Source of the DNA: Octopus vulgaris
Lineage: Eukaryota
Length of the DNA: 64,000 bases
Direction: 5' to 3'
NCBI GenBank assembly: GCA_951406725.2
Contig: OX597824.1
Span: 68,572,001 to 68,636,000, forward strand
Made by a program: the position numbers and the translations under genes. The stretch's first letter is position 1. Every line of letters starts with the position of its first letter. The notes beneath the pieces are model-generated. The model was not told where the DNA came from. It saw nothing but the letters and a program-made list of their open reading frames with translations, and did no database searches. Shown here in pieces: positions 54,432-64,000 of this stretch.

Positions 54432-55722
54432 CTAGCAGAATTGCCCGGCGATGCTCGGGGCTGAATTGCTTGTAAGTACTGTTAATGATCGCACTGAATT
54501 ATGATGATTATTCAGGCAAATATTGATATAAGTTTACGGTGGGAGATAAGGACTTAACGATCAAACGTGTGCCATTGCATTGTTTTGGGTGAACCAAATT
54601 TCTAATGAGCATTATAGGGGCACCAATTTTAAGTTTGAGAAAGTGTGGTGGTAGTCCGGGGTGCCCAAAGGAATTGAGTACCTCTATTGGATAGTTGATG
54701 ACGTCCTCTGGGTCAGGAGTTGTATCGACAGACTTATATACATAGACTTCCCCAGGAATGAGTTTTAGCATTTCATCATTAATATGGTGAACAGTTTTAT
54801 TCCTCGGGGCCAGAATAGCCCTTTGGCCAATCCAATCCATATTCTGATAATTAGCTTGTAGATCTGGGAACACTGCATCTCTGAGATCAGAAGGCGTTTT
54901 AACAATGGTACAAATGGAATCGATGGCAATATTACCATTTTCATCCCCTGGTATTTTGCCTTCGCCAAGTGCAAGGAGGGTGTGAGAAAATGCTGCTAAT
55001 GTGATATTACGTCGCATATGTGCACGCATATTGGTGTGAAGTTTGAGAGTCTTCACCAGTGGCCACAATGTGGATGACTTAAGACACGTACTTACTGCAT
55101 CAGCTCTAGTCCCTTTGGGAATAACGGGAAGTGTTTGTCGGAAGTCCCCTGAAAGAAGAAATGTTATGCCTCCCATGGGAGCTGAAGAGTGTTTGATGTC
55201 TCTGAGATATCTATCTAGTGCCTCAAGAGCACGTCTGTGGGCCATCCCAAACGATAAGCTTGCATCGTCTGAAGACTTCTGCCTGATCGGAGCTGTTAAT
55301 GATGTTGCAAGTTGGTGTCTCAGTCTTCGCTAAGTCAAGCGGAAGCTTGAAAGTGGAGTGAGCTGTCATGCCGCCTGGCAACAAATTCCAGATGATGCCA
55401 CAATTCCAGATGATGCCACAGCTAGGGCAATGCCTTGTGTTCGCCTAATCTCAGCCAATATTAATTTGTTGACAAAAGTTTTCCCAGTGCCCCCAGGAGC
55501 GTCCAGGAAAAAAATCCTCCCAGTTTTGGCCCGGACTGAATTAACAACGGAGTTGTAAGCAAACTTGTGTTCTGGAAGGAGCTTTGGCTCATTGTCGGCT
55601 ATGTACTCGGCAAGCTCATCAACATTAAAACATGTCTCACGCAGGAAATGTGAAGACAGAGTGTTTGTGCCTTCCCGGTTTGTTGAAGCTAGGCCATAGA
55701 CCGGCAAGGCACTACCGCCCAT
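54432..55722 (-). mobile_element. Helitron 3' fragment with a PIF1-like helicase pseudogene
   Basis: Walker A FFLDAPGGTGKT, AVASSGI, LSGDFRQTLPVI, NMR, RAILAPRN, GLPPHFLKLKIGAPIMLIRNL, CNGTRL; 3' hairpin cccgagcatcgccggg followed by CTAG|T at 54432; internal deletions. Confidence 0.92.
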
Positions 55723-56516
55723 ATCAAGTACAGTATCTTCGAACGTAGTTTGTTACCACACAGCCACACCTGCCCCTATGTATGTGTGTGTGTGTACGTG
55801 TGTGTGTATGGGTAGATATATTATGCATGTATATATGTGTATATATATGTGTGTACATATTACATGTACATCTATATATATATACATCTACACATAAAAT
55901 ACAAAATACAAAGTTATATCTTGATATCGCTAGTGATAACAATACTCAAAATATATAACAGACTGGAATTGTAGGCCCGTCTCTTGCAATTTCGATCAAT
56001 TGGATCTTGTCCTCCCTCTTGTATAGAAGTGTATGGCTGCAGCGAAATTCATTTTTGGACTTTCTTCTATCGAAGGCATTTTAACAAAAATGCTTCCGTA
56101 AAGACGGTGAAAATATTGTCAATTTCCCCAAACAGGGACACAATTCAATTTTGAAACAATAACCAAAGCCCCCTCTCCGAAAGGGGGAGGGTTACGGTTT
56201 ACAAATGCAATTTAACAAATGCAACACAACAACGTTTCCCTGGCGAGGAACCAACAAACGTGATTACAATAGTCAAACTGTAATAATAATTACAACAAAC
56301 CTTTTTAATTTATCCCCATTTATGTGAAACCACTTATTCAAGTTCAAGTCATTGATGCAATTTTATACGAATTGCTAATACACACACACATAATAAGGGT
56401 GAAAAATTGAATATTAATTTGATTAATATGAATTGAAAACCAGTGGTGTAGCATATATGACCATAGCGGATCTTCCTCTAGCAAAAAGGATGACCTCTAT
56501 TAATGGCTCATCCCTG

Positions 56517-56553
<37 letters not shown>

Positions 56554-56572
56554 TACATACACACTCACACAC

Positions 56573-56604
<32 letters not shown>

Positions 56605-56717
56605 TTAGCTTACAATTTTCTTTCAACAATTGACACTGTCATATATGTATATGTTTGCGTGTCTATGTGTGTAAAGAGGAAGTGGGAGTAATAGGCGGAG
56701 TAAAGCCTTTGAAGTGA

Positions 56718-57130
56718 GAGAGGGAAATCTTAAAATATTGAGTTTTCTCGAATTTTTGCTTAATTGGGGGTGAAATTGAAAGAAATTTATATGCCATGAC
56801 CGAGTGGAATGTACTTGGAAAAATCCTAGGTAAACTCCAATTGAAGAAATTGTGTGAGGAGTAAATCGTTATGTATTTACTTATTTCTGTTTGCTCTGTA
56901 TTTTTTTTGAGTAGTGGTTTAAGGTACACTTGCAAAGAGAAAGTAGGAGAAATTATGGTAATAGCATGAGTGAAGCAGTTGAAATTAGAGGGGCAAATCG
57001 TAAAATATTTACTTTTCTCGAATTTTTGCTTAATTGGGGGTCAAATAGAAAAAAAACTTTATATGCCATGACCCAATCGAATCTACTTGTAAAAATCGTA
57101 GGTAAATTCCAATTGTAGAAATTCTATATT
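56718..57130 (+). repeat. Two diverged ~140-bp direct repeats, ~270-bp period
   Basis: ttttctcgaatttttgcttaattggggg...atatgccatgacc...taggtaaa.tccaattg occurs twice. Confidence 0.75.
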
Positions 57131-57187
57131 GTAGAATTGTATTAAAAAGGAACATGAGAACAGGCAGAGAAAATCTGCCTTTTATCA

Positions 57188-57244
<57 letters not shown>

Positions 57245-57247
<3 letters not shown>

Positions 57248-57491
57248 CCATGTTCGCTTAACACTGAGTGCTTTCTAGATATCTGCCTGGATTTATTAAT
57301 CAAGTTTAACTCATATATATATAAAGTGAGGGAGGGGGAGGAGGAGGAAAGAGGGGCAATTCTCTCTGGATGATTGCCTCCGTATTTGCTCAACTTGATC
57401 CCTCAATTTGATCCTTCAATTTGATCTCTCAACTTGATCCCTCTTGTAGTCATTATTTACACCATGGAAGTCTAAGTTTGAATCATGCGAG

Positions 57492-57530
<39 letters not shown>

Positions 57531-57902
57531 TATAAATACATACATACACACAAACACACGCATACACACACATGTACACACACACATACACACACACATA
57601 GAGTCAACAGACGAGATTCAGAAATTCTCCGTATAGAGGACACTTAGTAGTGCTCGCATGATTCAAACTTAGACTTCCATGGTGTAAATAATGACTACAA
57701 GAGGGATCAAGTTGAGAGATCAAATTGAAGGATCAAATTGAGGGATCAAGTTGAGCAAATACGGAGAGGCAATCATCCAGAGAGAATTGCCCCTCTTTCC
57801 TCCTCCTCCCCCCTCCCTCACTTTATATATATATGAGTTAAACTTGATTAATAAATCCAGGCAGATATCTAGAAAGCACTCAGTGTTAAGCGAACATGGT
57901 TA
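57245..57902. repeat. Long inverted repeat, ~250-bp arms with 151-bp spacer
   Basis: 57245-57496 is the reverse complement of 57648-57902 apart from small indels. Confidence 0.95.
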
Positions 57903-58652
57903 GCTATATCAAACAATCAGTTACCAATAAATTTAAAACGAGTTAATGTCCAAGATAATTTCTCATGTATGCCTATTAGATCCAAATATCCCCTAGAAAA
58001 ATTTTAAGAAATGCGGAGTAACTGACAGCATGAACATGAATGGAGAAAATCACATCTTTAATCGGTGATTATACTATATGTCAGCGAAATGCGCGCGCAC
58101 ATCAAGAGCTGTTTTAACTCCACCAATCGGCAACGCTAGAGCACTGAACATTGAATATATGCAATGCGGTTTTGCTGTTCTGCGCTCAACTTGGACAGTT
58201 CCGTTTGATGGCTCTTCAGTGCTTTTGGAGCTTATGTCAAATCGGTATTTTCCCTCCAACCACTGCCAGGCGAAGGAATTTTGGAAGTTGTCTATGATAG
58301 TCCTCGGCCCGAAAATACTCCTGAACAGACTAACTAAATCGGCTTCGTCTCCGCGCAGAATTTCTCTAAAGCGGAACTTTTAGTCACCGATAAGCGCCCA
58401 ACTATTATAGGGCTGTGAATGCCTAACGATATTCCAAATGCCATAACAGTAATAATGATGATAATAATAATAGAAATAATGCTTTCAAGCTTTGGCACCA
58501 GGCCAGCAAGTTCGGTGGAGTGGGGTAAGTTGGTTACATCGTCTCCCAGTGTTTCACTTGTACTTATTTTATCGACCCTGAAAGGATGAAAGGCGAAGTC
58601 GACCTCGACGGAATTTAAACTTAGAACGTAATGATGGGCGAAATGCTACAAA

Positions 58653-58822
<170 letters not shown>

Positions 58823-59799
58823 GGTTTCTGATTGAAGCACAATGATAACAGTTATGAGGGGAGGGATTAAGTCTATTCCATCAACCCTAGTCCTTGCAGG
58901 TACTTCATTTTAGCGATTCCGGTGGGATAAAAGGCAAATTTGGCTTCAGAGTAATTTCAACCCAGTTGGTTGGTTAAGAGCCAAAACAAACATTACAAAT
59001 GTTTCTCTCGACGCTCTAATGATTCTGTCAGTTCACTGCCTTAATCATAGCGATTTTCTTTAATAGGTCACAAAGGCCCAAGCCATTGATGAGCAAAACA
59101 CACAAAAACTGAGGTTTACAACGATCAAAAGGATATCAACAATAATAAGAATATAATAAAAGGATATTAGAAAAGATATCAGAAATAGAATTCAGAAATA
59201 TGTGCAACAAGAAAAGTTCCTCAACAGGGAAATTTCTGACGAATCCTACATACAAAATAAGGGTCGGATTACCCTCCCATCTCCAACACATCAAAAGTAC
59301 TCTCTCCCATTTTCTTCCCCCAACTTACAAAACCATATTCAAGGTAGACCTATTCAGATCCCCTAGTCTTGCTACTCACATCCTCCATTCAATAAATGCA
59401 CGAGAAGGCAGCTTCTACTTGTCTACCCTAATTTTCTTCTTGAAGTGGTGTTTGAAGAAATTTATGAGATTTCAGAAGAGGCCACTCAGACTGTCCTCGT
59501 CGATGCCCAGAGCCAATCTCAGGCCATCGTCTTTCATACCCCAACTAATTCTCTACAGAAATCTAGAGTTGTTTTCTCTGCCAAGCTGGCGCTGCAGTGA
59601 GTGTCTGGCCATTTGCATATCTGACGACTAAGCCGGGTTTGCATTTGTTATTATCAGTATCATTTGTTGTTCTTATTGTTGCTGGAAGAGGTGGTAGTGA
59701 GACTTATTTCTGAACCTTCTGAAATGGAGGAATACTTTGTTCTTGTAGGTGTCTTTGTGACAGTGGGACATTCTCAGGAAACACCTCATACATCCCAAT

Positions 59800-60160
59800 A
59801 AAAATCATCTGACATCTGTTGGGCCATAGATGGATACGAGTCAGCAGGTATGACCTTTCCTGTCGTTCACGTTCAGTATCACCAAGTTATCTTTTGGGTT
59901 CAAGAAGATGGTTCGTATTGCGAAACCCAGACATTTGCGAAACAATGCTGTAATTCCGCCACCAATTCCTGGTCGACTTGGAGGTAAGTGGATCTGAAAT
60001 CTTTAGAATCCACTGAAAAGGAGCTTAAGGGCTTATTGATTGGAAATTCTGGTATCGCTGTCAGTCACCATATTTCACCATATTCATGTCTAGTGATCCG
60101 TGCTCGTTGAGCAGGTACCCTGCTTCCAAGGCGACTTCAAACCACACATATTTACACAGT
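59800..60160 (-). pseudogene. L1/Tx1-like ORF2 APE endonuclease N-terminal remnant
   Basis: Minus strand (with frameshifts and stops): CVNMCGLKSPWKQGYLLN...GGGITALFRKCLG.AIRTIFLNPKDNLVILNV...LVSIYGP. Confidence 0.65.
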
Positions 60161-60162
60161 AA

Positions 60163-60569
60163 ATGGCGGCGAGCTGGCAGAATCGTTAGCACGCCGGGCG
60201 AAATGCTTAGCGGTATTTCGTCTACCGCTACGTTCTGAGTTCAAATTCCGCCGAGGTCGACTTTGCCTTTCATCCTTTCGGGGTCGATTAAATAAGTGCC
60301 AGTTACGCACTGGAGTCGATATAATCCGTTTGTCTGTCCTTGTTTCTCCTCTCTGTGTTTAGCCCATTGTGGGTAGTAAAGAAATAGGTATTTCGTCTGT
60401 CTTTATGTTCTGAGTTCAAATTCTGCCGATGTCGATTTTGCCTTTCATCCTTTCGGGGTTAGTAGAATAAGTACTACTTACGCACTGGGGTCGATGTAAT
60501 CGACTTAACCCCTTTGTCTGTCCTTGTTTGTCCCCTCTATGTTTAGCCCCTTGTGGGCAATAAAGAAAT
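60163..60569 (+). mobile_element. Dimeric SINE family C
   Basis: 19-bp TSD acacatattta(c/t)acagtaa at 60144-60162 and 60570-60588. Confidence 0.9.
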
Positions 60570-62290
60570 ACACATATTTATACAGTAAGGTTCGACGGAA
60601 AATAGGAAAGTATGAAATATTCACTTAGCTTAATTCCGTGGGAAGGCCAGGTGTTCCGCCCCTATGTTTAGCTGTAGGTGCTTCCACAAGTAGTTCTTTA
60701 TAAAATTTATTTTTTATTGATGTTCCAACACGGGGTCAGTAGAATAAGTACCAGTTGAGCACTGGGACCGATGAAATCAACTTACCCCTTACACCGAAAT
60801 TGCTGGTCCTGGGACAAAAAATTTGATACCAATGATGGTATTGATATTCTTTGGTGTTGATATTGGAGATGTTGCTGGAGTGTCGTTCTTGAGAATTGTT
60901 TCTTCCATCAGTTTGAACACCCCTGCATTCTCTTTTCCCTTTTTTTCCCCCTAGTTTATTACCTTTTGCCATTTGCTTACTTCGTCGTCACCTTCACCAC
61001 ACAACTAGTCTATTGGGTTCCCAAGAGAGAAGGAGCATGCTTTGAGAGTTATTGTCTTGTAATTCTATTTTTTTGTTATTTGGGGGTCCTTCAGTTGTTG
61101 CTGTTGGCTCTTGAGGTTCGGTACATTTTTATTGTTTCTATTACTGATGTTTCTATTGTCCCTGTTGATGTTGCAATTGCTGTGGTAGTTGTGTTACAGT
61201 GGTAGAGACGGCGAGCTAGCAGAAACGTTAGCACGCCGGGCGAAATGCTTAGCGGTATTTCGTCTGCCGCTACGTTCTGAGTTCAAATTCCGCCGAGGTC
61301 GACTTTGCCTTTCATCCTTTCGGGGTCGATTAAATAAGTGCCAGTTACGCACTGGAGTCGATATAATCCGTTTGTCTGTCCTTGTTTCTCCTCTCTGTGT
61401 TTAGCCCATTGTGGGTAGTAAAGAAATAGGTATTTCGTCTGTCTTTATGTTCTGAGTTCAAATTCTGCCGATGTCGATTTTGCCTTTCATCCTTTCGGGG
61501 TTAGTAGAATAAGTACTACTTACGCACTGGGGTCGATGTAATCGACTTAACCCCTTTGTCTGTCCTTGTTTGTCCCCTCTATGTTTAGCCCCTTGTGGGC
61601 AATAAAGAAATACACATATTTATACAGTAAGGTTCGACGGAAAATAGGAAAGTATGAAATATTCACTTAGCTTAATTCCGTGGGAAGGCCAGGTGTTCCG
61701 CCCCTATGTTTAGCTGTAGGTGCTTCCACAAGTAGTTCTTTATAAAATTTATTTTTTATTGATGTTCCAACACGGGGTCAGTAGAATAAGTACCAGTTGA
61801 GCACTGGGACCGATGAAATCAACTTACCCCTTACACCGAAATTGCTGGTCCTGGGACAAAAAATTTGATACCAATGATGGTATTGATATTCTTTGGTGTT
61901 GATATTGGAGATGTTGCTGGAGTGTCGTTCTTGAGAATTGTTTCTTCCATCAGTTTGAACACCCCCTGCATTCTCTTTTCCCTTTTTTTCCCCCTAGTTT
62001 ATTACCTTTTGCCATTTGCTTACTTCGTCGTCACCTTCACCACACAACTAGTCTATTGGGTTCCCAAGAGAGAAGGAGCATGCTTTGAGAGTTATTGTCT
62101 TGTAATTCTATTTTTTGTTATTTGGGGGTCCTTCAGTTGTTGCTGTTGGCTCTTGAGGTTCGGTACATTTTTATTGTTTCTATTACTGATGTTTCTATTG
62201 TCCCTGTTGATGTTGCAATTGCTGTGGTAGTTGTGTTACAGTGGTAGAGACGGCGAGCTAGCAGAAACGTTAGCACGCCGGGCGAAATGC
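60181..62290 (+). repeat. Near-identical 1042-bp tandem duplication
   Basis: Equivalent SINE positions at 60181, 61223 and 62265 (period 1042); intervening unique sequence duplicated with only few differences. Confidence 0.92.
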
Positions 62291-63647
62291 GTAGCCGTAT
62301 TTCGTCTGCCGTTACGTTCTGAGTTCAAATTCCGCCGAGGTCGACTTTGCCTTTCATCCTTTCGGGGTCGATAAATTAAGGACCAGTTATGCACTGGGGT
62401 CAATGTAACCGACTTAATCCGTTTGTCTGTCCTTGTTTGTCCCCTCTGTGTTTAGCCCCTTGTGGGTAGTAAAGAAACAGGTACTGTTGTTACAGCTATT
62501 TCGGTGGCTGGATACTTGTTTTAGCGACGCAGTTATTGTCGTTACTGTTGTTGTGGCCACACGCAGCCGTTGGCATTATAACTGCTTTTGCTGTAGGTGT
62601 AGTTGCTTCGGTGATGATAATATCAGCTGAGGTGGGGTTCTTGTTTCTCTCTTCTTTTCAAGCTGAAAACAGAAAACATTGAAATAGTCTATGTCATCAC
62701 ACAATTAACATATTGGCTTTCCGCTCTCATTTTCTTTGTAGAATCGTGACCCGTGTGGGAAGATTAATCAGATCCAGGATGGATTCCATAATTTCATGAT
62801 TTGTTTGGATCAATAGTTTATTCCTTCACCGGACTAGAACTCTTTATTCTTATTACTTTACGACCAAAAATAGATTAATATGATGACTACTGTGTTAGGT
62901 GGCGGAATCGTTAGCACACCGGGCGAAATGCTTAGCCGTATTTCGTCTGCCGTTATGTTCTGAGTTCAAATTCCGCCGAGGTCGACTTTGCCTTTCATCC
63001 TTTCGGGGTCGATTAAATAACTACCAGTTACGCAATGGGGTCGATATATATTTCTTTACTGCCCACAAGGGGCTAAACATAGAGGGGACAAACAAGGACA
63101 GACAAAGGGATTAAGTCGATTACATCGACCCCAGTGCGTAACTGGTACTTTATTTATCGAGGAGGAAAGGCAAAGTCGACCTCGGCAGAATTTGAAGCTG
63201 GGGTCGATATAAGCGACTTAATCCCTTTGTCTGTCCTTGTTTGTCCCCTCTATGTTTAGCCCCTTGTGGGCAGTAAAGAAATAAGAATCTTTAGCACGCT
63301 GGGAAAATTACTAAACCACATTTCTTCCGTCTTTAGGTTCTGTATTCAAATTCCGCAGAGGTCGACTTCAGTTTTTATCCCCTTAGGAGTCGATAAAAAA
63401 AGTACCAGTTGATCACTGGGGTCGATAAAATCAGCTTGAACCACCTCCACTACGAAATTGCTGTCCTTATGCCAAAATGTGAAACTAATATGACGTCCAG
63501 TGTTATCCAGTCTACTCCTCGGTTGCCGGGGACTGCTTCCCGGTGTCATCCTTTGTCGGAAATCTCTCTACTGTGCTATACTTTCCCCCATGGCAATGTA
63601 TGTTCTGGGACCCTATATGTATTTGAGGCCATTTCCTTACCTGCTCT

Positions 63648-64000
63648 TTTCCTCTTTTACTTGTTTCAGTCATTTGACTGCGGCCATGCTGGAGCACCGC
63701 CTTTAGTCGAGAAAATCGATCCCAGGAATTATTCTTTGCAAGCCCAGTACTTATTCTATCGGACTATTTTGCCGAACCGCTAAGTTACGGAGACGTAAGC
63801 ACACTAGCATCGGTTGTCAAGCGATGCTGCGGGGGTAGAGACGGCACGGACACAAACATATACACACATATACATATACATACATATATACATATATACG
63901 ACGGGCTTCTTTCAGTTTCCGTCTACCAAATCCACTCACAAGCCTTTTGTTGGCTCGAGGCTATAGTAGAAGACATTCGCCCAAGGTGTCACGCAGTGGG
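63648..64000 (-). mobile_element. SINE family B (5' end beyond the window)
   Basis: Matches family B on the minus strand. Confidence 0.85.

Noticed and set aside
54508-55245. Host PIF1 helicase gene
   Set aside because: Intronless, deleted, and ending at a Helitron hairpin-CTAG terminus; transposon-derived.
59200-59631. 143-aa plus-strand ORF
   Set aside because: No recognisable domain; adjacent and antisense to a decayed L1/Tx1-like element, so likely a chance ORF.

Overview
AT-rich, microsatellite-saturated animal genomic DNA. The SINE families and repeat landscape resemble an octopus or other coleoid cephalopod, which is an inference. No intact host gene is evident, and almost all track ORFs are translated simple repeats. 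The window is a patchwork of tRNA-derived SINEs (at least four families, several with clear TSDs), MITEs, non-autonomous Helitrons plus a PIF1-helicase fragment, Tc1/mariner remnants, a solo LTR, an L1/Tx1-like endonuclease remnant, and two decayed Penelope-like retroelements (PLEs; RT and/or GIY-YIG). The most notable signal is a set of about ten minimal type-I hammerhead ribozyme motifs from several unrelated repeat families. They include a highly structured 360-nt unit inserted as ~1.3 copies (29546-30021) and a ~485-nt unit (27893-28853). Both look like retrozymes, i.e. cDNA copies of small circular RNAs, and they sit within or beside PLE terminal repeats. Two long near-perfect palindromes (41566-41812, 57245-57902) and a SINE-mediated 1042-bp duplication are also present. 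All motif calls were made by eye, and some boundaries are approximate.
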